DNA of 64,000 bases, taken from contig CM022677.1 of NCBI GenBank assembly GCA_012295275.1, positions 2,418,001 through 2,482,000 of the forward strand. The letters run 5' to 3'. Of the stretch, positions 42,486 to 54,663 are shown one piece after another. Numbering within the stretch: position 1 is the first letter of the stretch; the number at the start of each line of letters is the position of its first letter. A program made the position numbers and the translations under genes. Source of the stretch: Chrysomallon squamiferum. Lineage: Eukaryota > Animalia > Mollusca. The notes under the pieces are model-generated. The model was not told the DNA's origin. It worked only from the letters and a program-made list of their open reading frames with translations, and searched no databases.

Positions 42486-45329
42486 GACAGGTGCATATAT
42501 AACTACAAAGGTAAATAAATAAAAGACTGTTGTTTTTCAGAAACTGCTGTGTACACAAGAACAGCTAATTCTGTGAGCCTGCCACAGGGTACAAATGTCA
42601 TCAAAGAATATGGCATAACAGGAGCATCTATAGAGGTTGTTGCTATAGTAGTAGTATTAGTCATTGTCATTGTTGTAGTAATGTAGTTGTTACAGAATAA
42701 TAATACTACTTGTTGTAGTAATATAGAATTGATCTTGGTGATGTTTTAACTGATGTTGTCTCCACAGCTTTGTAATAGTAATGTGTCTTGTGAGACTCAT
42801 GGTGATTAAAATAAGCTGTTTGTACTCAAATTACAGGTTGTAGTGGTGGTGGTGGTAGTAGTAGTAGTAGTACTAATAGTAGTTGTTTTTAGAGAAATTC
42901 TTATGATAAACAAGAAGAGTAGTGTAACAACAGTGATAGTAGTAGTAATAGTAGTCATAATTGTTGTTGTAGTAATTATAATAATATTAGTATAAAGAAA
43001 TACAGGCATAGGAGTAATACTGAAAAGAGTAAAAAATATCACTTTTATTATTAATGGATAGAAATTTTAGTAAAAGCAGTATTATTTCAATAAAAGTAAC
43101 CCCAGTTGAATAAGGAATAACAGTAAATATTAGTTATAGTAATGATGGTAATGAAAGTGGCAGGTAGTGTTGCAGTAAATATAGTAGTAGCAGTATTTTA
43201 TTTATTTTACATTTTTTACTGTATTTTATTTATTTATTTATTTACTCAAACTAGGCATTGCACCCACCAACGTGACTCTGACTCAGAGTTGTTCAAAGGT
43301 CTGCCGATGAACAGCTCAATTTTGGTGACCTGGACACATTAGACTACAACAATTCTGAAGTTGGAGAGTCTTCCACCAGGTCACCAATCTCAACAGTCAA
43401 ATATCAGGGAGAAAAAACGTGAAGAACTTGAACATGCTAAAACCAGCCAAAGTGAAACCACTTGACAGATGATTGTGATGGCTGTGTGTGACAGTGGCAA
43501 AGACAAAAGCCTGGAAGTTGAGCAGCAGGTGACTTAGTATACTTCCATTAGCATTTTGTTTTATTTCTTTTTAGCTTATATTTGTACTAGGAGTAATCAA
43601 AACAGTCTCATGTTTAACTCACATGGCTTAAAGAACGATATTGAGGTGTGTGTGAAATCAGTTCATAAAGAAAAGCACATCTTGTTGAAGGTGTTTCTGA
43701 GTGAAAAATTCTTCTTTAGCTTTAATTATGTGATTGACATTCATCTTTATTTTAGACATATTTGTCATCACTCTAACTAAAATAGTTATATTTAAATTTT
43801 AATATTATTTTTAATATTTACTTTATTTTATATATTTACTTGTTAAAATACTTGCATTCAAAACTTCTCTGCATGTTTATCATAACATTTAAATTAATAG
43901 CATCCATCAGCTATAGATGTGACTTTCATTTTATTGAAGAATCTAACTAGCAGAAGAAATTAGTTTAGATTTGGGATTAAATGCCTTTCTTTAGTTTTTA
44001 TTTATGAATTTGTTTTTGTTTATGAGAAATAATGCCTGCCAAAACAGTCTGCTAGATCATTATAGAAGTTCAAGATGAAAGAGGAAATAAAAGAGAAATG
44101 TACTCAGTGAATACAGATAGCACAAACTGTAAGTTGGAAACAATTTTGAGTTTCTTAATTGTGGCTAATCCAGCTTTACTTCCAAAATTGCTAAAATGTC
44201 ATCTTGTTTTGCAGACTAAATTGTGCAAGCTGAAAATAAATCTGTTTCTGGTTTTGCAGGTGATTTTGAGAAAAAAACCCAACTGAAGATGCCAAATTCT
44301 TCTGATACTGATACTAGCCAGTCAGAGGAATTCAATAAAACAGAGAACTCTTCTGGAGTAAGTGGTATCGATATGTTTTATAATAATAAATAATAGTAAT
44401 GTGTTTAAGTACACATGTACATTACATATGAATGCAGGGCTTGTTACGGCCAATGGCCAAATGATACCAAAGTTCTGTTTGGGTGACTGGAATGTTAAAA
44501 TATTATTTGGGTAATCTTTTTTTTTCTATAAGTTTTAAACAAGAGCCACTATTAATAATTTCATGGCAATATTTATTCACAGTGGTAGTTAAAATGGTAG
44601 AATTCTGTTTATTTTGTTCTCCGTAATGCACACCTATAAAAATTATATTTTTAATCAAGGTTTTAACTCATTAATTGTAAGAGGCAAAGCATTTACCTTT
44701 TTAAAAGTTATTTTTGCTTCTTCTGAATGTTACCATCATATCCAGATAAAAAAGTCAATAGTATAATTCATTGATAATTTATAATAATTTTCCATGCCTG
44801 AAATATTTCTTCCCAAAGATTTTATTGTGCAAATTAATCATATGCTCCTAGCCGGGAATAGGTAAGAAATAGTCAATGAAATAATGTTAAGATTTAGATA
44901 ATAATTTATTATTATTGTATCTACAGGAAAGACATGATTCTGTAATCGTTTTCAGTTATAAAAATACGGAGAAGAATATAAAGGTTATTCAAACAGTCGA
45001 GTTATCTACTGATATAGACCAACATGGATTTTTCTTTCCAAAGCAGTTTCCAGACAGAGAAGTTGTTGACAATATACATCAGCGTTGACTGATTGTTCTT
45101 CAATAGTTAACAGTGGATGATTCTTGGTTATTATGGAATGGAACAAAAAACTTCCACTATAATGACTAAGGACACTTACAAAAGCTCTGTGCAGTTCTAC
45201 ATTACAAATTAGTGCAGAAGAAATGAAAAAATGTGGAGCAATGATATTTACAGATAGACAACAGGCTTAATGTTGTTTTCATAAAGAATATTAGCACTTA
45301 ACTTGAGAGCAACCATAAGTGATTTAAAG

Positions 45330-46852
45330 GAAAGGAGAGATGATTGACGAGATATGAGACTGACAGCCTGATGGGAGGTTAACAGGTAAAGAGATAAACA
45401 GGAAGGTATACAGAAAGAAAGAGAGAGATATTGATAGACTAACAGACAGTTAGATCAGTAGAAGTTAACAAATGAATTCATTTATGTAGATGAATTTAGG
45501 TAGATAGGTAAACATGACAATGGCCATCTATCTATTCTGTGTATTTTTCTTTCTGTCATGTGTGTTTTGTGTGTCAGGCTGAGTAGACATACAGATGTAT
45601 ATATAAATCATTCAGGTTGTAATGCAGGCATAGTTAGCTATGTATGTAGATAGTTTGACAGGGAATTAGATTGATAGATGGTTATTGATCTGTCGTAGTG
45701 TGGTTAGATAAACAAATAGTTATGTAGATCAGTAGTTCAGTAGGTTGATATGTAGATATATGTAGATCATTATGCAGCAGACAGACAGATTGGTGTAGGG
45801 AAGTATGGATGGTAATGTGGAAGACTGAATATATATATATATATATATACAGGTGTAGGTATGAATCATTGGAGCAGGGAATATCTACATAGATGAACTG
45901 ATAACTTAAAGGTAGACATCCAGAGATAAATACACAAGTTATATAGACAGATATACAGAGGTAATACACAGATATACAGCGATTATATAGATAGATATAC
46001 AGAGATCAATACAGATAGATATACAGAGATCAATACAGATATAGAGATAAATACAGATAGATTATATAAGATAGATATATAGAAAGATTCGGAGGTTTGA
46101 AGTAGTGTGTAATTAGATATAAAGATGTTTACTGAAAAATAGACATATAAGCTAGAGAGATAAACTGATAGGAAGGTAGATACGTAGTATGTCACTAGTT
46201 CAGTAGATTGATTTGTAGAGAGACTGACAGACATAGACAAATGCATTAAAGAATGTGTGTGTACACACACATACAAACACTGACACCTGTATAGGAATGA
46301 TAATGTATTTGTGTGTTTAGGAAGTGACCAGTATGTATATCTATATTAAAGGATGAATAACTATACATATATGTGTGTAAAACAGGGTGGATATATGGTA
46401 AAATGTAAAATGGGCACAAGAAAGGTAGCTTGATAGACAGAAGAAAGATAGATAAATTACTAGAAAGATAGATAGATGCAAGAAGGCACAACTGTAAGAA
46501 AGACTGAGTCTGTTGTTTGTGTGTTAGAGAGAGTTTTGCTTATGTATATAGGATAAATAGAAAAATGAATAAATATATTGATAACTAGATAGACAGATTG
46601 ATAGATAGATAGGAAGCTAGGTAGGTAGGTAGGTAGGTAGATAGATAGATAGACAGAGAGACACATTTGAATAGAGATACAAAGACAGAGAGAGAGAGGT
46701 GGATAGGGAAGTGTGGAGGTCTTGATGTGTGTGTGTGTTTGCTAGAGAGGATTGCTGTACGGCAGTGTTAAAGGAGGATTGTGAGTTTGTGTAAGAAAAA
46801 GTATTTAAATAACGTGTTTTAAAAAGGGGGTAAATAGAGAGATTGTATACCT

Positions 46853-46885
<33 letters not shown>

Positions 46886-48775
46886 ACTAATTTTGAGAGA
46901 GTGAGATAGATTGATAGAGAAATAGTTAGATAGATGAATTGTTAGATGATGCCTAGTGAGATAAGTAGACAACTATTATATAGATAGATAGATCAGTGAT
47001 AGCTAGATAGGCAAACTGATGTGAATGTGTATATGAGTCTTTATAAATAAGAGCATAATTATGTGTTTGTGTTTTAAAGAGAATGGGTATATAAATGTGT
47101 GTGAAAGACTGTGCTTTTTTTTTGATTTTTGAGAGAGTCCAATGACTGATAGAGAGATGAGTGATTGAATTTGGGATTATGTGTGTATATGTGTGTTAGA
47201 GAGGATAGATACAGATAGATGGACATTTACAAACTACATAAACATGAGTATATGTGTATGAATATACTGTAATGTAGTTAGAGGATTGGTATATAAATGA
47301 ATGTGTAAATGAAAGTATGTTTATATTTGAGTAATCTGTTAAAAAAAAGGCTAGATATAGATATATAGATGTATTGAGAGAGAGACTGATATGTAGGTGT
47401 GGTTATATGTTTTTGTGTGTTACAGAGAGAGAACAGGTTTGACCTCTGTATATGACACTGAGAAGTATGCCCTCTGTATGATTTTTCAGTGAATGACATA
47501 GATTAATAGAGATAATTATATATCTGTATATAGATAGAGAGTTAGAGATAGATAAGATTGACAGATGAGAGATAGATATGTGAGATAGGTGCATATATAT
47601 ATATATCTTTATTAAACAGAGAAAGGATGGGTCAATAAATAAGTGTGAACAACATTGTGTTTATGCTGTTTATTTATTTTAGATAGATTAGATATAGAAT
47701 TGCAGGTGGATTTGCTTAGAGACAGGCATGTGTAAGAATATACTGAGTATTTATTTTTGTGAGGGTTAGAGAGAGGTGATGTGTGAATAAGAATGTGTTT
47801 ATATTTGTTAGGTAAGCTATGTCTGCAAATGTGAAAGCTGGAGTGCATATGTAAAAAAGAGTGAGTATTTCTCTTTGTGAGCAAGATAGAGAATACATGC
47901 ATGTTCAAAAAGGAGTGTTCTTTGTATAATACACCCATTCTTTCTAAAAATAAACAAATGTTTTTCAAAAATACTCTGAAATACATACACTTCTGTGTAT
48001 ACTCTGTTCTCTTGTCTTTCTATCTATATATAGAAAGGGCTTTCAAATTAATGCCACTGTATTCAAAATTGGAAAAGGTAGCAATATCCTAAGTATCCAC
48101 ATTCTCTCTTATACACAGACACGTAATATTACAGAGCCATACATCTTTTACATTGACATATATCTTTCTATCTTTCTGTCTCTGTCTACCTATGTATCTA
48201 TCTACAATACATATGCACTCTCAAAAACACAGAGAAAACACACACAAAACCACACATGATATAACCATTCTTTCTAACTCATAAACACATATTCCCACAG
48301 TTTCTTGCTCAAATACTCAAATCAACCTGTCAGATATGTTCATCATTTCATATTCACTCTAAAAAATATCTCTTTCACACACACATTCACACACACACAT
48401 GTATAGCTAACACCACATGTATATAGTCACACTTTATAATATACCCCACATTCCCATTGTACAGTTGCTTACTCATGTCTCTTAATCTGTTTGTCTTGGT
48501 ATTTCTATATCTATCAGTATGCTCCTCTGTGGCTTCCTATTTATCTTTGTTCCTTTCTAACAATCTATTTATCTGTCTACAAATAATCTGTCAGTCTGTC
48601 TAAGTTTTTATCTATCAAACTCTCTCCACCTCTGAGTCTCTCTGTCTCACTCCTCTCCTGCATGCATAACAACTTTCAAAATCCATGTTTATCTTTCTGT
48701 TTGTCTGTCCATTTATAACCCATACAAAAGTATCTCTCTCTCTCTCTCTCTCTCTCTCCCTCCCTCCCTCCCTCC

Positions 48776-48810
<35 letters not shown>

Positions 48811-48860
48811 CATTCTCTCTATCTCTCTATCTCTCTCTTTCTCTGTCTCTCCATATCAAT
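45330..48860. repeat. Degenerate GATA/GT-rich low-complexity tract that switches strand at ~47920
   Basis: GATAGATA/GTGT-rich on the + strand up to ~47915, then TCTATCTA/CACA-rich afterwards. Confidence 0.7.
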
Positions 48861-49039
48861 TTACATTTTTAAGATTTTTCAGTTTATTGTATATCTAACT
48901 GGATTTTGTTTTTGAAGAAAAGTTGCAGATTTTCCAGGGTTATTTTCATTTTCATTATACATTTTTTATCTTATTTTATTGTTCATAATTTTCAATTAAA
49001 CATTTTATTAATTTTAATACATATTTAAGTTGCCATCTA

Positions 49040-51350
49040 TAATTGCTTTCTTAGTGTGCACATCCTATATTGAAATTATCTTATTAGAATTAATGTAAGT
49101 TTTTCTTTATTAATTTGAGCGTACTTTCTTAATAAGTATCCACATTCTTATACTGTTTACTAGAATTAGTGTCCACATTATTCTTTGCATTCTTAGTGTG
49201 CACCTGTATTTTAAAATAATATTTGTTTAATGTTAATGTCTGTCATTGCCGTTGTATCTCTGTTTTTCTTAAGGTTCACTTTTCATTATTCTTATTCACT
49301 TGTTATTAATATTATTCTTGCGTTCTTAGTGTGCACCTGCTATTTCAAAATATGTTGTTCTATTTCTGTTAATGTCCCCATCGTTGCATCACATCTGTGT
49401 TCTCCTTGATCTTATTTGTGTACTTTTACTTATTCTCTTTCTATTAATTCTTAGACTCACTTTCAGTGATAATTAAAATATTTTATTAGTATTTCTATTA
49501 AGGCTGCTGCTGTTGTGGTCCTACCAGCGTTGTACCTAGTGTTACTCATGTATTTCTCCTTATTATCTAGCATTTAAAAAAAAATATATTATTCTTATTT
49601 CTATTAAATCACTGTCGTTGTTTTCTTAGAGTGCACATCCTCTATTAAAATAAATTAATCTTATTAGAATTAATGTTGTGTACTTCGCTTTATTATTTTC
49701 AGTGTTTTAGTAACTATTATTCTTTCTTTCTGACAGATGCATCCTACATTTAAATATATTACTATTAATATTGCCGTCATACCTTCTTTGTTCTTAATGT
49801 TTTGGTGTACTTCTATCTTTTGTTTTTCTTACTTGTGACACAGTGCATCCTGTCTCAAGTTAATGTAGTTCTACTTATTGTGTTGTGCTTTCTATTGTTA
49901 GTTAGACTCACTTTCAGTGTGCACATCCTGTCTCAAGTTAATGTAGTTCTACTTATTGTGTTGTGCTTTCTATTGTTAGTTAGTCTCACTTTCAGTGTGC
50001 ACATCCTGTCTCAAGTTAAAGGTGTAGTTCTACTTATTGTGTTGTGCTTTCTATTGTTAGTTAGTCTCACTTTCAGTGTGCACATCCTGTCTCAAGTTAA
50101 TGTAGTTCTACTTATTGTGTTGTGCTTTCTATTGTTAGTTAGTCTCACTTTCAGTGTGCACATCCTGTCTCAAGTTAATGTAGTTCTACTTATTGTGTTG
50201 TGCTTTTTGTTATTGTTAGTTAGTCTCACTTTCAGTGTGCACATCCTGTCTCAAGTTAATGTAGTTCTACTTATTGTGTTGTGCTTTTATTATTGTTAGT
50301 CTCACTTTCAGTGTGCACATCCTGTCTCAAGTTAATGTGTAGTTCTACTTATTGTGTTGTGCTTTCTATTGTTAGTTAGTCTCACTTTCAGTGTGCACAA
50401 CCTGTCTCAAGTTAATGTGTAGTTCTACTTATTGTGTTGTGCTTTCTATTGTTAGTTAGTCTCACTTTCAGTGTGCACATCCTGTCTCAAGTTAATGTAG
50501 TTCTACTTATTGTGTTGTGCTTTCTATTGTTAGTCTCACTTTCAGTGTGCACATCCTGTCTCAAGTTAATGTGTAGTTCTACTTATTGTGTTGTGCTTTC
50601 TATTGTTAGTTAGTCTCACTTTCAGTGTGCACAACCTGTCTCAAGTTAATGTGTAGTTCTACTTATTGTGTTGTGCTTTCTATTGTTAGTTAGTCTCACT
50701 TTCAGTGAGCACATCCTCTATTGAAATAGATTATTATTATTAGCATTAATATCAGTGACGTTACCGTCGTATCTGTGTTGTATTCCTCTTTATTATTTTG
50801 CACTTTTTATTAACTATTATTTTTACTTTCTTAGTGTGCACCCAATATTGTTACCTTCATATCTGCATTCTTCTTCATTTTACTGGTGTACTTCTCTTTA
50901 TTCTCTTTTTATTAATAGTTATTCTCACTTTCTGTGTGTACATCCTGTAGTAAGATAGATTATTCTTATTTGTATTAATAGTTACTGTCGCTTTCTGTGA
51001 GGAATATTTTACTATTAATGTCGCTGACGTTGCCATCATCTCAGCGTTGTTCTTAATGTTTTTGTGTATTTCTTGTTTTTATTTTTCTTACTTGTGACAG
51101 GGCTAATCCTGTCTCACAATGTAGTAACGGCATTATTCATATCTGCATTATGCTTGATGTTACAGGTGTACTTTTATTTGTTCTGTTGTGCTTTCAGTGT
51201 GCACATCTTATATTAAAATATATTATTAGTATTTCTTTGCCGTCGTAACAGCATTGTTTCTAATTTTATTCGTGTACTTCTCATTATTCTTTAGCACTTT
51301 GTATTAACTGATATTCTTATTTTTTTTAGAGTGTGTTTCCTATATTAAAG
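49040..51350 (-). repeat. Old diverged satellite-like array (same family as 1128-1800, inverted)
   Basis: Recurrent TTCTTAGTGTGCAC.....TATT.AAAT..ATT...ATTAATGTCGC...CGTTGCC.TC motifs. Confidence 0.7.
49843..50717 (+). repeat. Homogeneous 78-bp minisatellite, ~11 copies
   Basis: Unit GTGCACATCCTGTCTCAAGTTAATGTAGTTCTACTTATTGTGTTGTGCTTTCTATTGTTAGTTAGTCTCACTTTCAGT with 2-4 bp indel variants. Confidence 0.97.
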
Positions 51351-51352
51351 TA

Positions 51353-51396
<44 letters not shown>

Positions 51397-52579
51397 TAAA
51401 TCTTTCTTTCAGGATTGATTTATGGTGTTCTAGAGATCAGTGATCAGAAAGTGCAGGAGGCCCTATTGAGGTTAACGTGTAATAGAAATTTATTCAACAA
51501 GGTAATATGAAGTTATATTGGTTTAATTATCAAAATAAAATAAAAATAAAATAAATAATAAATGAAATTATAATAGTAATTTTAATCATTATTTTGATCT
51601 CAGACTTTTTACATTATTAAACAATGTTATAATTAAACATGCTAAACATCATAAGTTTAAATCTTTGTAATAGTTTAAATTAATGATTCTGTATTTTGTA
51701 ATATCAGTGTCCATAGACTGTACTGGCATTGTATCAAGAAAAAACATTTAGCTAAATTATGTGTTATTTAGAAATCTGAAATGTATGCATACTCATTGTT
51801 TCTGTATATTTTGATAAAAAAAATAAAATAAAATAAAGATAAAAGTATTTTTATTAAAAATTTAGAAATACTGTTGTCATCTTGCCATCACATGATTTTA
51901 CATCAAGAACCAAATAACTGTAATATTAAATATTGCAGGATTCTCAGTATCCATACACACTTCAACATTAAACCATTAGTAAACAAATATATTAATGTTT
52001 CTGTTTCTTTTTGAATAATATTTACTATTTTAGAATTCTCAATGCCACATATATTTCAACATGTCTAAGAGATTTCACAATGGTGTTGTTGTTGTGTGAT
52101 GCTGATGTCAACACTCCCATCTATGTCAGCAAATAATACTGGGTAATGTAATTAGAACAATTTTACCATTTGAATTAGTTTGAACATTTAAATAAAGACT
52201 ATTTTATTACCAGTATGAGAAATTTGAAATATAACTGAAGTGTCCCAATAGATTGTTCTGTATAATTAATTAAATAATAGAAAGTACAAAGCATAAACAG
52301 TTAATAACACTATATTATTACACATCATTATTAACATGTTAAGTTATTAAGTACAGAGATAGAGCTAGTTCATAACAGTATTCTGTTATAACTTTATTAA
52401 CATGTTTGTTTATAAGTACTTATGTTAACAACAAAATTTAAGATGATAATCAAGGACTTGCTCATGTGAAAATAGTTATATAATGTTTGTTTGCTGGTTT
52501 TACAGGGATCTTTGGATTTTTAGGTTTTCAGCTAAAATAATGTGGAAGATTCTAGAAAGTCACCCAGATTTCAGTGTCA

Positions 52580-54663
52580 AAAACCAGGTGAGCCTCTTGT
52601 TACTCAGTAGACTGTGACAAAAACAAAACTGTAAACTATGAATTAATCTAACTACTGTTTAACTTGATAATGAGCTTGATTAGGTTTGTGCTGTAAAATA
52701 GGGTCTATTTGGTTGAAACCAAGAACTAGAGTGGGTGTTTTGTCATCAGTGGTAGAAGTAGAAGAGCCTCAGTCAATAAACAACATGGAGGTAAAATTTA
52801 GAAAGACAGGAAAAGGAGAAGAGTTTTGCATGGAGCAGATTACAGTTAGTATACACAGAATTTGACAGATTTCAAGTTGATATCTCTGATGAACAGAAGA
52901 AAAAGTTAAAAAGAATACTGAACAAATACTCTGATGTTAAAGAGAATACTTAACTGATGTATTTGCTAAAGATAACCTTGATTTGGGGTTTACTGTAAAA
53001 TATCACATATGCACAACTGATAACATACTAGTGTCAACCATACAGAAGAATTTCACACAATCAGTATCAGGAAGTCAAGGAGCTGATCAAGAAACTTATA
53101 AAACAAGATGTAATTTGACCCAGCCACAGCCCATATTCATCTCCTATTGTGAGAAAAACAGACAACACATTTCATCTGTGTGTGGATTACAGGTGGCTGA
53201 ATGCTAAAACTAGGAAAGACTGCTCTCCACTACCTACAATAGAAGAGTCATTAGATGCTTTGCACAGAGCAAATTGGTTCACTACACGGATATGGCCAGT
53301 GAATACAACCAAGTTGCAGTTGAGGATAAAAACAAAGAAAAAACTGCATTCATCACTCCAATGGGTTTGTTTGAATCAATCATATGCTGTTTGGTTTATC
53401 AGGAGCACCAGCCACATTTCAAAGACTTTAGAGAGCAGATATTTCAGTGTTCTGTTTTTTTATGGGTGCATAGATGAACTAGACGAGGTATTTAAAATTT
53501 TAAAACAGCATGGGCTCAAACTAAAACCAAGCTAAGGCTGTTTCCTTAAGAAAGAAGTGAAATAGCTAGGATGTGATGTCTAGAGATGGGGTAGTTACAG
53601 ATCCAGACAAAATAAAGGCTGTTCTTGAATGGGAAGTTCCAAAGACACCAAAGGGCATGGTGTCATTTTTGCAGTTTGCCAGTTACTTCAGATGATATGT
53701 TAAAGGATTCTTAGTTACTCAAAAATCAAATATCAAGCACTGTTAAAGGGTACTTGGGTTGAGAGTTGTGGGAACAGTACTGTCACAGAAGCAGAATGGG
53801 CAAAGGAAAAAAATTGCATTTGCTAGAAAGAGCTTGAGACCCACTGAGAGAAACATGAATAATTACACTTCCATGAAGATAGAGCTTGTTGGTCTGAAAT
53901 TGGCAGTGGAAGAAACATGGGGGTTTCAGCTGGCAGAATTTGATTTTGATGTGAAATATTCAACACAGTAAGAATGTCGATGGTCTGTCCAGGAAGAAAT
54001 TTCACAGAATGACATCTACTTCAGTGGAAGCTGCTTTAGAGATACTGCTAGTAGTACAGAAGTTCCACAGACAATGAGACAAGTTATAAAATTGTGGTGG
54101 AAGAAAACACACAATAAACTGTCGCAGTGGAACAATTTAATGAAACTATGGAAGCCACAACATCATCTCCCAGCTTTAGCAGAACTAGCAGTGATGCAAG
54201 CAAAAGAGAAGTTAAGAAGGAGATTGGCTATCATGCAGAGCTGAGAGAAGATTAGAAGAATCAGGTTTCTTCACACTAATCTGGCAGTGGGACAGATTAT
54301 TTCGTGAAAACAAAGCACTTTACAGAAAAGTAAAGGACCCCAACTTGGGAAGAATGAAGCAGACTGTACCTACCAGGAATGATGAAGAAGAACGTTCTGT
54401 AGAGTTTACACAATCAGACAGGACACCGGGGTTTTGAAAGAAGAATGAGTCTTATTAGAAGAGGTTGCTGGCTTGCAGTGCACAAAGATGTGGAACAATG
54501 GTGTAAAGAGTGTGAAAGGTGTGTGGTGGCTAAACTCCCACAACTCAAACCGAGACTACCTTTGGGACATCGTATTGTTATTAGACCTCATGAGATTGTA
54601 GCCATGGATTTCACAGTGCTGCAGCCATCTTCAAGAGGCAAATACTGTCTTGGAATGACTTAG
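52580..54663 (+). mobile_element. Decayed Ty3/Gypsy LTR-retrotransposon pol (RT - RNase H - integrase)
   Basis: RT: SPYSSPI, LCVDYRWLNAKT, PLPTIEESLDAL, KTAFITPMGLFE, LKLKPS. RNase H: GTVLSQ..IAFARKSLRPTERN. Integrase: HHCC (H..TGH...CKECERC) and IVAMDF. The domain order is Gypsy-type. Heavily mutated, with no LTRs seen. Confidence 0.9.

Noticed and set aside
44436-44860. CAGGGCTTG as a hAT-like left end
   Set aside because: No matching right TIR or TSD could be found.
49802-50299. 165-aa hydrophobic repeat ORF (HILSQVNVVLLIVLCFLLLVSLTFSV)n
   Set aside because: It is a by-product of a 78-bp (multiple of 3) minisatellite. Later units shift frame, and there is no ATG start or gene context.
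49843-50717. CRISPR-like periodicity
   Set aside because: Units are head-to-tail with no unique spacers, the context is eukaryotic, and there are no cas genes.
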